Positions 13,270 through 22,689 of a DNA stretch of 64,000 nucleotides are shown in pieces. The stretch is from Escherichia coli (GTDB taxonomy: Bacteria; Pseudomonadota; Gammaproteobacteria; Enterobacterales; Enterobacteriaceae), in NCBI RefSeq assembly GCF_003334305.1, contig NZ_QOWS01000007.1; one strand, given 5' to 3'. A model generated the notes under the pieces. That model was not told the origin of the DNA. It made no database searches and saw nothing but the letters and a program-made list of their open reading frames with translations. Made by a program: the position numbers and the translations under genes. Each line of letters starts with the position of its first letter. Position 1 is the first letter of the stretch.

Positions 13270-14331
13270 TTAATCCGGGAAGTTAATCACAACTTTCCCG
13301 CATTTGCCGCTCGCCATCAGCGCATAGGCATCACCTGCCTGTTCCAGCGAGAAGCGATGGGTAATGGCGTTACGCGGCCACAGTTTCCAGTCCGTCAGAT
13401 CATGGGCGCATTTTTCCATATGGAACAGACTGGTCACCCAGGAGCCGATAATCCGCCGTTGATGGTGCATCAGATCGGCGCTGACCTCGAACTCCACTTT
13501 TCCGGTTTCTCCGATGTAAACCACCCGTCCCCAGTCAGCGGTGGATCGCAGTGCCAGCAAGCGACCTGCGGCATTACCAGAACAATCGAGCGCAACATCC
13601 GCGCCACCGTGGGTGAGTTCGGCGATAATCTGCGGCAGACCTTCGGTGGTTGCTAAATAGCCGTGATCCATCACCCCTAACTGTTTTGCCATCGCCAGAC
13701 GTTCCGGCAGCATATCAACGCCGATGATCCGTTTTGCACCGCGACCTTTCGCCAGCATCATCGCCATCATGCCGACTGGCCCCAGACCGACCACCAGCAC
13801 GTTATCACTGCCGGAAACTTCGCCGCGCAAAATCCCTTCATAGGCCGTGCCAACGCCGCAACTGATAAACGCACCATCTTCGTAGCTCAGCGCATCCGGC
13901 AGGAGGATCAGATCTTTTTCTTCCGCCAGCAGATATTCGGCATGACCGCCGTCACGCTGCCAGCCGTAAGCCGCTTTTCCTTTGCCAGTACAAGAGATAG
14001 GAAAGCCGCGGCGGCAGTTCGGGCAAAAACCACAGCCAGAAATGTGATACACCAGCACGCGATCACCCTCTTTAAAATGGCGACAGCCTTGCCCCATCGC
14101 CACAATCTGCCCGCACGGTTCATGACCGTTGATAAATCCCTGGTATAACGGTTTATCGGGTGCCGCCGCCGTGGCACGGTGTTGATGATAGATATAGTGG
14201 ACATCGCTTCCGCAAATCCCGGAGGATTTCATTTTGATCAGTACCTGGTTAATCCCCGGCGTCGGCACCGCAACTTCCCGCAGATCGACGGTTGAATTTC
14301 CTGGTAAATAAGCTGCCAGCATCGTTTTCAT
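13270..14331 (-). CDS. yphC: Zn-dependent medium-chain alcohol/polyol dehydrogenase YphC, 353 aa
   Basis: ORF track 13270..14364; start set to ATG 14329-14331 (MKTMLAAY...); GICGSDVH zinc-ADH signature. Confidence 0.85.
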   Translation of the reverse strand: MKTMLAAYLPGNSTVDLREVAVPTPGINQVLIKMKSSGICGSDVHYIYHQHRATAAAPDKPLYQGFINGHEPCGQIVAMGQGCRHFKEGDRVLVYHISGCGFCPNCRRGFPISCTGKGKAAYGWQRDGGHAEYLLAEEKDLILLPDALSYEDGAFISCGVGTAYEGILRGEVSGSDNVLVVGLGPVGMMAMMLAKGRGAKRIIGVDMLPERLAMAKQLGVMDHGYLATTEGLPQIIAELTHGGADVALDCSGNAAGRLLALRSTADWGRVVYIGETGKVEFEVSADLMHHQRRIIGSWVTSLFHMEKCAHDLTDWKLWPRNAITHRFSLEQAGDAYALMASGKCGKVVINFPD

Positions 14332-14396
14332 AAATCCCTCATTAACAATACGATTAATTTTCATCCCTGCCGCACCCGCGCCAGGGGCGTTAAGGT

Positions 14397-15395
14397 TTAG
14401 CGTTTCGCTTTACTGCTTCGCTGGGTCAGCAAGATATTCGCCAGCACCGCCACCACGATGATGACGCCGCGTACCACCTGCTGGAAAAAGGAGTTAATAC
14501 CGAGCAGCACCAGACCGTTACCGATTAGCGTAATCACCAGCACACCAAGCAATGTACCGAACAGGGAACCGCGACCGCCGGAAAGTGCCGTACCGCCGAC
14601 CACGACCGCGGCGATGACGTCAAACTCCAGACCGTTTGCGGCACCTGCGTTACCAGAACCGAGGCGCGCCGCCAACAAAATGCCGGTCACCGCCGCTAAT
14701 AATCCCGAAAGGGTAAAGATAAGAATGCGCACCCGACGAACGTTGATGCCGCACAACTGCGCCGCCGTAGCATTACCGCCAACGGCAAAAACCGAGCGCC
14801 CGAAGGCGGTTTTGCGGCTGATGAACACAAACAGCGCAAACAACACAATCATGATCAGCGCGGATACCGGCACACCGAGAAATTGTCCGCCCAGCCAGTC
14901 CAGCACCTCGTTTTCGTCAATCGGCACTGGCAGTGCGTTCGTCATAAACAGCCCCATTCCGCGCAGGGCGCTCCACAGCCCCAGTGTGGCAACGAAACTT
15001 GGTACGTTAAACACGCCGCGCAGCACCCCGGCCAGCGTTCCCATCAGCGCGCCTAACAGCAACACCAGCAGACACGCCACCGCCAGCGGAACTTCAAATT
15101 GCAGCAAAAATGCCAGGCACACCGAGACAAAAGCCACCATCGGCCCAACGCTGACATCAATTTCACCGGAGATAATAATCAGCGTCATCGCCCAGGCGGC
15201 AATCCCAATGGTGGCGGCATCGCGCAGCACGTTCATCTGGTTATTCAATGAGATAAAGCCAGGCGCGTTCAGGGAGAAGACCAGATAAAGAATGGCGATT
15301 ACCACCAGCAAACCGATCTCATTAATATGGCGACTGACAAATTGTTTGAGCGAGACGCTCTTGCCCTGCGGCAATGATAATGACGAAGCAGACAT
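14397..15395 (-). CDS. yphD: ABC transporter permease (sugar, RbsC-like) YphD, 332 aa
   Basis: ORF track 14397..15395; polytopic membrane protein adjacent to the ABC ATPase. Confidence 0.85.
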   Translation of the reverse strand: MSASSLSLPQGKSVSLKQFVSRHINEIGLLVVIAILYLVFSLNAPGFISLNNQMNVLRDAATIGIAAWAMTLIIISGEIDVSVGPMVAFVSVCLAFLLQFEVPLAVACLLVLLLGALMGTLAGVLRGVFNVPSFVATLGLWSALRGMGLFMTNALPVPIDENEVLDWLGGQFLGVPVSALIMIVLFALFVFISRKTAFGRSVFAVGGNATAAQLCGINVRRVRILIFTLSGLLAAVTGILLAARLGSGNAGAANGLEFDVIAAVVVGGTALSGGRGSLFGTLLGVLVITLIGNGLVLLGINSFFQQVVRGVIIVVAVLANILLTQRSSKAKR

Positions 15396-15419
15396 CTTCA
15401 GGTTCCTCGGTAAAATTCA

Positions 15420-16931
15420 TCAGTGCACAGACAGAATGGCGGACATCAGCTCATCCACATTGACCGGCGAGTGAAACTCCTGCGAGAACGTACCGTGCTG
15501 TAACAACAGGATGCGGTCGCACACCAGCGGCAACTCCTCCACTTCACTGGAGATAAACACCACGCTTTTTCCTTCGGCAGCCAGCTCACGGACAATACGG
15601 TAAATCTGCTGTTTGGCTTCGATATCGACGCCGCGCGTTGGCTCGTCGAGCAACAAAATCTGGCTGGCGGCATAGACCCAACGACCGATCACCACTTTTT
15701 GCTGATTGCCGCCAGAAAGCGTGCCGATGGGCGTTTCGCTACTGGCGGCCTTGACCGTCATCCGCTGCATCACCTCTTCGGTCAGGCGGCGGATGGTGGA
15801 CCATTGCAGTACGCCGTTGGCGCTGATTTTTTGCCGATTGGTCAGCACTGTATTTTCGTCAACGCCCAACCAGGGAATGATCCCCGCTTCTTTGCGGTTT
15901 TCTGGCGTATAGCCAATGCCGCGTTTCAGCATGTCGCCGTAATCGGGGCGCGTGATTTTCTCGCCGTTGATAACAATTTCGCCCTGTTCATACTCCTCCA
16001 GCCCAACAATCGCCTTCAGCAATTCACTGCGCCCTGCCCCCAGCAGGCCAGCAATGCCAAGCACTTCGCCGCGACGTAACGTAAAGCTGATATCCTCCAG
16101 CTTGGGCTTATGGCGTAATGCACGGACTTCCAGCACGGCCTGATCCACAATTTCCTGAGGGGCTACCGGCGCAATATCAACGTGATCACGCCCTAGCATT
16201 AGCGACACAATATGATGCGTGGAGGTGTTTTCGAGCATCACATCGCCCGCCACCTGACCATCGCGCATAACGGTGGCACAGGAGGCAATGCGGCGGATTT
16301 CTTCCATCCGGTGGCTGACATAAATCACCGCCACGCCCAGTGCCGACATCTTTTTCACCGCACTGATCACCAGTTCAACTTCTGCACTGGCAAGCGAGCT
16401 GGTGGGTTCATCAAGAATGACCACGCGCGGCTCGCCCTTCATCACCCGTGCAATTTCCACCAGTTGCTTTTGCGCCGGGCTTAGCGTTGAAACAAGTTGT
16501 TCAGGACTAACGTCAACGCCCAGCGCCTGTAAGCAACGTTGGGCATCCTGCGCCATTTGCAGGTAATCAATCATGCCGTTGCGGCGAGGCCATTGACCAA
16601 GGCAGAGGTTTTCTGCCACCGTCAGCCCTTCCACCAGACTTAATTCCTGATAAACCGCACGAACCCCCAGTTCAGCGGCACGGCGAGTCAACGTAGCTTC
16701 GTCACCTTCCAGTCGCGTCTCGCCAATCCAGATATCACCGCTATCCGGGCGTTCGCTGCCGGTAAGCATTCGAATGAGAGTCGATTTGCCCGCGCCGTTT
16801 TTACCTAACAGCGCACGAACTTCGCCTTTATTGAGCGTGAAGTTAACGTTATCCAGCGCAACGACGCCGGGGTAACGCTTATTTCCTGCCACCACTTTTG
16901 CTACCGGGACTGCCTCTGTTGCCGTGAACAT
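15420..16931 (-). CDS. yphE: ABC transporter ATP-binding protein with duplicated ABC domains (sugar importer type) YphE, 503 aa
   Basis: ORF track 15420..16931; two Walker A motifs (GKNGAGKST, GLLGAGRSE) and LSGGNQQK signature. Confidence 0.9.
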   Translation of the reverse strand: MFTATEAVPVAKVVAGNKRYPGVVALDNVNFTLNKGEVRALLGKNGAGKSTLIRMLTGSERPDSGDIWIGETRLEGDEATLTRRAAELGVRAVYQELSLVEGLTVAENLCLGQWPRRNGMIDYLQMAQDAQRCLQALGVDVSPEQLVSTLSPAQKQLVEIARVMKGEPRVVILDEPTSSLASAEVELVISAVKKMSALGVAVIYVSHRMEEIRRIASCATVMRDGQVAGDVMLENTSTHHIVSLMLGRDHVDIAPVAPQEIVDQAVLEVRALRHKPKLEDISFTLRRGEVLGIAGLLGAGRSELLKAIVGLEEYEQGEIVINGEKITRPDYGDMLKRGIGYTPENRKEAGIIPWLGVDENTVLTNRQKISANGVLQWSTIRRLTEEVMQRMTVKAASSETPIGTLSGGNQQKVVIGRWVYAASQILLLDEPTRGVDIEAKQQIYRIVRELAAEGKSVVFISSEVEELPLVCDRILLLQHGTFSQEFHSPVNVDELMSAILSVH

Positions 16932-16953
16932 AGGGACCTCTGCGAATCAGCGA

Positions 16954-17937
16954 TTAGGGCAGACCATCAACGTGCGTTGCCAGCCACTGTTTACCATCTT
17001 CCGTTTTGGTATAGAGATCGATTGGCACCTGAATCACTTTTTCACCGTCGGCTTGTTTATTGATAACCTTCAATGTTTGCGCGAAAACAGCATTGCCCAT
17101 TTTCTTACCGGAAATATCCACTACCGCTTTCAGCACCTGATTGTTTTCCAGCTCCTGAGCAATTTCGGTTGTCATATCCGAACCGAAAACAGCAATTTTT
17201 CCGGCCTGATTTTGATTACGTACCGCTTTTACCGCGCCGAGTGTCGCACCGCCCGACTCCCCCATAATGGCGTTGAGATCCGGCGTGGAGATAATCAGTT
17301 TTTCACCAACGGAAATCGCTTTATCTAAAACAGTCCCTTCCTGATTAGCGACAATTTGCGCGCCGGGAACGCGGGATTTTAATACTTCTTCAAATCCTTT
17401 ACGTCGCTGCACACAAACTTCAAAGGCTTCGCAATTGATGACGGCAATTTTCGGCTGGTCAATTTTATTGGCAATAAAATAATCGGCGGCAGCGTTACCC
17501 AGTTTTTTACCAAATTCCAGTGGATCGCCGACCAGATACGCCGAGACATATTTATCGACACCCTTTTGATTAATACAGGTGTTGTAGCAAATCACCGGAA
17601 TACCCGCTTCACTGGCGCGACGAACGGTACGGCTACTGCCATTTTCAGACACTGCCGATAAAATAATGGCATCGACATTACGCGCCACGAGGGTATCAAC
17701 AAAGGTACTTTCTTTCGAAATATCACCCTGGGCGTTAGTTTCAATTAACTGTACCTGTACTGAAGAATCTTTTGCCGCATCCTGAACGCCCTGACGCACT
17801 CCAGCGTAATATCCCTGGGTATCAAGGTATATTGCACCAATGGTCATCTCTTTATCCGCAGCCCTGGCAAATAGTGCGCTACCTAATAGCGTACCCATTA
17901 ATAATAGATTACGGGTTGTTCTCATTTTTTTAGGCAT
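16954..17937 (-). CDS. yphF: Periplasmic sugar-binding protein of ABC transporter YphF, 327 aa
   Basis: ORF track 16954..17937; N-terminal signal-peptide-like segment, RbsB-like. Confidence 0.85.
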   Translation of the reverse strand: MPKKMRTTRNLLLMGTLLGSALFARAADKEMTIGAIYLDTQGYYAGVRQGVQDAAKDSSVQVQLIETNAQGDISKESTFVDTLVARNVDAIILSAVSENGSSRTVRRASEAGIPVICYNTCINQKGVDKYVSAYLVGDPLEFGKKLGNAAADYFIANKIDQPKIAVINCEAFEVCVQRRKGFEEVLKSRVPGAQIVANQEGTVLDKAISVGEKLIISTPDLNAIMGESGGATLGAVKAVRNQNQAGKIAVFGSDMTTEIAQELENNQVLKAVVDISGKKMGNAVFAQTLKVINKQADGEKVIQVPIDLYTKTEDGKQWLATHVDGLP

Positions 17938-18033
17938 AGTGCCTCCTGTAGGGTTTTTATTAACAACGGCTTATTCTAATTATTTTGTGATGAGCGGCAG
18001 CGCGTGCCGCTCAAATATTACAGTTAATAGGGT

Positions 18034-21000
18034 TTAGTGAACGTAGTTAAAAATAAAAGGCATCACGGTGGTGAATAATGCCGCTTTCGGCCAGGCCGGA
18101 TTAATCGCCGTCAATTCAGCGCGAGCAGATTCATATTGCGCAACCTCCCCGAGTCCCGCGGACGCCAGCATCGCCACCATCAGGCATTTTTCTTTATGCT
18201 GCTGTTGTAAATCGCCATACAGCGACAACAGGTCAGGTTGTGAAACAGCAAAGAAATCCGCCTCAATACTGGTTTTCGCCATCTCTTGCGCCCACTGTTT
18301 CATTTCACTAAACAGTTGCTGTGCGGTTTGCTGTTCACCCAGCAGTCGCAGCGCCATTCCTTGCCAGAAGAGATAATCAACCGGCTGATCGTTGTAATAA
18401 CTGTGGATGTTAATGGTGCGATCGCCGGTCGCCGCCAGACGTAAACAACGCATCGCTTCAGTTTCATCGCCCTGCGCGTTGGCGCATATCGCCTGCCAGA
18501 ACCAGATGTCGTTATCAGTTTGCCCCGGTAAACGGCCTTCGCTTAAATTCTCCGGATAATGCAGCGCGGCATGAAGCAGTTCGCTGGCCTGCTGCGGCTC
18601 TCTGGCATCAAGATGCTGCCAGGCGCGTAATAACTGGTTGAGGATAAACTGACTGGTGACCTTCCCTTCCCCGCCTTCCCACGGGTGGAATTTGCGCGTG
18701 GCGAGAATGTCCGCCGCTTTGTCTGCCTGACCCGTGAGATGCCACAAATTGAGCAACTCTGCTGTCATGTCGTCGCGTTTCAGCGCAATTTCCAGATTAT
18801 TTTCCAGACGCGCCAGTCGTTTCTCCGGTGTGGCTCCGCTTAACTTATCAAGCAAATCCCGTTCGAAAAGCAGACGTGCATCCTGCGGCGCAAGCTGATA
18901 AGCATTATCAAGATAACGCGCGGCCAGCTCATAATCGTGTTGCTTATTCCACGCATGGATCGCTAACCCGCGCCAGCCGTCGGCAAACTCCGGCGACATC
19001 TCTACGCAACGTTGCCATAAGGTAATGGCTTTGTTGTAGCTACGCTTGTTGTAGTAGAAGCAGGCCAGTAAATGACGGGCAAACCAGCACTCTTCAATAC
19101 TCTCCAGCGCCGCCACTTCTTCCAGCGTATTCGGGAAACGGACAAACTGCGGGAAGACATCAATGGCTTTTGCGACCAGTTCGCCGCGTTCGGCTTTCGG
19201 CAATAAACTCGCCTGCAGGTAAAGCGGCAGCGTGCGCTGGCAGTCCAGTGCGTTCAGCATCTCTGCCGCCAGGGTGGGCATTCCCCAGTTAATCAGTTGC
19301 CCGGCGGTCATCAGAGCGTTAACGTCGCGTCCCTGACACAGACCGCGCCACTGCGCGAGAGCTGATTCGCTACGACCATCGAACCAGTTCAGCCACCACA
19401 GAGTGGCGTTCAGCGGATAATCGCGCAGCAGTTTCTCGCGCTGCACACGCGCGTTGTCCTGACGACCACTTAACACCAGCAGCAGATTATGCAGGCAAAG
19501 CACTTCCTGATTGGTTGGGCAGGCGCGAAGACTTTGTTGGCAAAAATCCAGACCAGCGTCGAAGTTACCATTACGCGCCGCCAGTCGTGCCAGGCCATAA
19601 TAGCCACCGGCTTTGCTGTTGCCGCTCCAGACCGCACGCCAGAAATCCTCTTCGGCTTGTTGATATTGTCCCTGACGTTCGTAAGCACTGGCGCGAATCA
19701 AACTGGCCTGTCCGCACTGCGGATTTTTGTTCAGCGCATGTGCGCGTTTCAGCGCCTGAGTGGCATACGCCACCGCTTGCGGGAAATCGGCGCGGTTATA
19801 TTCCAGCATCGCCAGCGCCAGGTTACAGCGGTAATCCAGCGGATCCAGCACCACGCCGCGCAGGTAGTAATCGAACGGTGAACGGCTGGCGTGATGATAT
19901 TGCTCCAGATGCTGACCGATAAACCAGGCTTCATCTGTACTGGTAATGTCTTGTGCTGCCAGTGGCGCTTTGGCGACGTCCGGCAACGGCAACTCTTGCG
20001 GCTGATGTTCCTGATAACTCAGTACAATATTGCCGTCGGCATCGGAGAGCTCAATGGTCAGCCTTTCAGGATTGATACCGTGCAACACGCCCTGGATGGC
20101 GGTCGCAGGCATCAGTGCCACGGCATCATCAAGTAACGCGTTGCATTTGCCGATTTCGCGGATCGCCAGGCGGTATCCGTTCAACGGAGAGATGGCATAC
20201 AGCCCCCACTCAATCCCCCGCTTACTACGCTGGAGTTTTATCACCGCATCGCGGGAGGCATTTTGCACCATGCCCAAAGAATGATAAGGCAGGAAATACT
20301 GCTCAAAACGCATCTCTTCGTAAGCATCAAGCCAGGTAAAATCGGGCTGGTTATCGGCAAAAATACCGGTCATCAGTTCGATATACGGGCCGTTATTGTC
20401 GGTCAGACTCTTATCCCACGCCTGGCCAAATTCACTGTGTCCCCAACTCCACTGTTTTTTACCTGGCGCGATATGGTGGTTGGCAACGTGCAGCAAACCG
20501 CCATCTTCATCGTGACACCACGCGCCGACAAAATCGTACTGCGATTTTTCGGCCATATATGAGGTTGGAACAGGCACATTTTTATAGCGAGAAATGTCCA
20601 CTCCGGCGGAGTAGTCCACTTTGTAGTAAGTGCCGGTGGCGATGGGGAAAGCGGAGACGGCCCGTTTGCCGTGATCAAACACCGCAGTCACATCCGGTGG
20701 GAAAACGCTCTGATGCCCTTCCCCCCCTTTCACTGCCGGGTTGGCCCACCACAAGAAATGACGCGGCGTGGCGTTACCGTTATAGACGCGGCTGGCGATT
20801 TCCAGCGCCGCCCGTTCAGGACGCAGTGTGAAACCTGTCATCACCTGTAAACCGTGCATCGGCTCCGTTTCGCCGACCCACACCGTCTGTGCGCCGTCTT
20901 CATGGGCTTCGAGGGTGAAATCAACGGGCATAAAGGTGGTCGGGCGATGGTGTTGCGGCCAGTTAAACTCAATCCCGCCAGAGATCCACGGTCCCAGCAG

Positions 21001-21315
21001 CCCCACCAGCGCAGGTTTAATGACTTCATTGTGATAGACAAAATCGCGTTGTTTCACTTTATCCCATGCGCGATGCACACGACCGCCCAGTTCCGGCAGG
21101 ATCATCACTTTGATGTAGTCGTTTTCCAGCCACACCGCCTGCCAGGATTTCAGGGTTTTCTGCTCGCTCAGCGTATCGGTCACGCCGTAGGGATAAACCG
21201 CGCCGGACGATCCCTGATAAACGCGATTTTCCAAGAACATGGGATGTATATCCTGCGGCCCGGTTTCATAGGTCGGGATCTCAACGCGCTCTTGCCACAC
21301 TTTTACTGGAGTCAT
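18034..21315 (-). CDS. yphG: Large uncharacterised protein YphG (N-terminal domain of unknown function plus C-terminal TPR repeats), 1093 aa
   Basis: ORF track 18034..21408; start set to ATG 21313-21315, preceded by a GAGGG RBS; the longer form would need a TTG start with no RBS. Confidence 0.8.
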   Translation of the reverse strand: MTPVKVWQERVEIPTYETGPQDIHPMFLENRVYQGSSGAVYPYGVTDTLSEQKTLKSWQAVWLENDYIKVMILPELGGRVHRAWDKVKQRDFVYHNEVIKPALVGLLGPWISGGIEFNWPQHHRPTTFMPVDFTLEAHEDGAQTVWVGETEPMHGLQVMTGFTLRPERAALEIASRVYNGNATPRHFLWWANPAVKGGEGHQSVFPPDVTAVFDHGKRAVSAFPIATGTYYKVDYSAGVDISRYKNVPVPTSYMAEKSQYDFVGAWCHDEDGGLLHVANHHIAPGKKQWSWGHSEFGQAWDKSLTDNNGPYIELMTGIFADNQPDFTWLDAYEEMRFEQYFLPYHSLGMVQNASRDAVIKLQRSKRGIEWGLYAISPLNGYRLAIREIGKCNALLDDAVALMPATAIQGVLHGINPERLTIELSDADGNIVLSYQEHQPQELPLPDVAKAPLAAQDITSTDEAWFIGQHLEQYHHASRSPFDYYLRGVVLDPLDYRCNLALAMLEYNRADFPQAVAYATQALKRAHALNKNPQCGQASLIRASAYERQGQYQQAEEDFWRAVWSGNSKAGGYYGLARLAARNGNFDAGLDFCQQSLRACPTNQEVLCLHNLLLVLSGRQDNARVQREKLLRDYPLNATLWWLNWFDGRSESALAQWRGLCQGRDVNALMTAGQLINWGMPTLAAEMLNALDCQRTLPLYLQASLLPKAERGELVAKAIDVFPQFVRFPNTLEEVAALESIEECWFARHLLACFYYNKRSYNKAITLWQRCVEMSPEFADGWRGLAIHAWNKQHDYELAARYLDNAYQLAPQDARLLFERDLLDKLSGATPEKRLARLENNLEIALKRDDMTAELLNLWHLTGQADKAADILATRKFHPWEGGEGKVTSQFILNQLLRAWQHLDAREPQQASELLHAALHYPENLSEGRLPGQTDNDIWFWQAICANAQGDETEAMRCLRLAATGDRTINIHSYYNDQPVDYLFWQGMALRLLGEQQTAQQLFSEMKQWAQEMAKTSIEADFFAVSQPDLLSLYGDLQQQHKEKCLMVAMLASAGLGEVAQYESARAELTAINPAWPKAALFTTVMPFIFNYVH

Positions 21316-21432
21316 GGTGCCCTCAATATTAACAAGACATACTGAATTAAAAGATTTGTGGCAGTGTATTGAACAATCTGGCAATGTTTTCGCGGAATAA
21401 TCACGCAATTAACTAAACAAGGTTTAGTGAAG

Positions 21433-22626
21433 ATGAGAGCCTGCATTAACAATCAACAGATTCGCCACCATAACAAATGCGTGATTCTGGAACTGCTGTA
21501 CCGGCAAAAGCGCGCCAATAAATCAACGCTGGCCCGGCTGGCGCAAATTTCGATTCCGGCAGTCAGTAATATTTTGCAGGAACTGGAAAGCGAAAAACGG
21601 GTGGTGAATATCGACGATGAAAGCCAGACGCGCGGGCATAGTAGCGGTACATGGCTGATTGCGCCGGAAGGTGACTGGACGCTGTGCCTGAACGTGACGC
21701 CCACCAGTATTGAGTGTCAGGTTGCTAATGCTTGTTTAAGTCCGAAAGGCGAGTTTGAGTATTTACAGATTGATGCACCGACGCCGCAGGCGCTGCTGTC
21801 CGAAATCGAAAAATGCTGGCATCGCCACCGTAAATTGTGGCCGGACCGCACCATCAATCTGGCGCTGGCAATCCACGGTCAGGTTGATCCGGTGACCGGC
21901 GTGTCGCAAACCATGCCGCAAGCGCCGTGGACAACGCCGGTGGAGGTGAAATATCTGCTGGAAGAGAAGCTCGGCATTCGGGTGATGGTCGATAATGACT
22001 GCGTGATGCTGGCGCTGGCGGAGAAATGGCAAAATAATTCGCAGGAACGGGATTTCTGCGTGATCAACGTTGATTACGGCATTGGCTCGTCGTTCGTGAT
22101 TAACGAGCAAATTTATCGCGGCAGTTTGTATGGTAGCGGACAGATTGGTCACACCATCGTTAATCCGGATGGCGTCGTCTGCGACTGTGGACGTTACGGC
22201 TGCCTGGAAACCGTCGCCTCGTTAAGTGCTTTAAAAAAACAGGCGCGGGTATGGCTAAAATCACAACCGGTTAATACTCAGCTTGATCCTGAAAAACTGA
22301 CAACCGCGCAGTTAATCGCTGCCTGGCAGAGTGGAGAACCGTGGATCACCAGCTGGGTTGACCGCAGTGCCAATGCCATTGGTTTGAGTCTGTATAACTT
22401 CCTCAACATCCTCAATATTAATCAGATTTGGTTGTACGGTCGCAGTTGTGCCTTTGGTGAGAACTGGCTTAATACTATTATTCGCCAGACAGGATTTAAC
22501 CCGTTCGACCGCGACGAAGGACCGAGCGTGAAAGCGACGCAAATTGGCTTCGGGCAATTAAGCCGCGCACAACAGGTGCTGGGAATTGGCTATTTGTATG
22601 TTGAGGCGCAGTTACGACAGATTTGA
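21433..22626 (+). CDS. yphH: ROK (NagC/XylR) family transcriptional regulator YphH, 397 aa
   Basis: ORF track 21427..22626 (GTG); first ATG at 21433 used; N-terminal HTH and ROK-type Cys cluster (CDCGRYGC). Confidence 0.8.
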   Translation: MRACINNQQIRHHNKCVILELLYRQKRANKSTLARLAQISIPAVSNILQELESEKRVVNIDDESQTRGHSSGTWLIAPEGDWTLCLNVTPTSIECQVANACLSPKGEFEYLQIDAPTPQALLSEIEKCWHRHRKLWPDRTINLALAIHGQVDPVTGVSQTMPQAPWTTPVEVKYLLEEKLGIRVMVDNDCVMLALAEKWQNNSQERDFCVINVDYGIGSSFVINEQIYRGSLYGSGQIGHTIVNPDGVVCDCGRYGCLETVASLSALKKQARVWLKSQPVNTQLDPEKLTTAQLIAAWQSGEPWITSWVDRSANAIGLSLYNFLNILNINQIWLYGRSCAFGENWLNTIIRQTGFNPFDRDEGPSVKATQIGFGQLSRAQQVLGIGYLYVEAQLRQI

Positions 22627-22642
22627 TGGCGCGATAACGTAG

Positions 22643-22669
22643 AAAGGCTTCCCGAAGGAAGCCTTTTTT
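22643..22669. terminator. Bidirectional rho-independent terminator between convergent yphH and glyA
   Basis: Hairpin aaggcttcc-cgaa-ggaagcctt followed by TTTTTT on plus and flanked by A-tract on the other side. Confidence 0.75.
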
Positions 22670-22689
22670 CAACAGATTAACCGTTTCGC

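Noticed and set aside
14458-15288. 276-aa plus-strand ORF
   Set aside because: Antisense to yphD permease; low-complexity Pro/Thr/Ser-rich translation typical of the reverse frame of a membrane protein gene.
21316-21408. N-terminal extension of yphG to 1124 aa
   Set aside because: Would require a TTG start with no RBS; the internal ATG at 21313-21315 has a GAGGG RBS and matches the remembered protein length.
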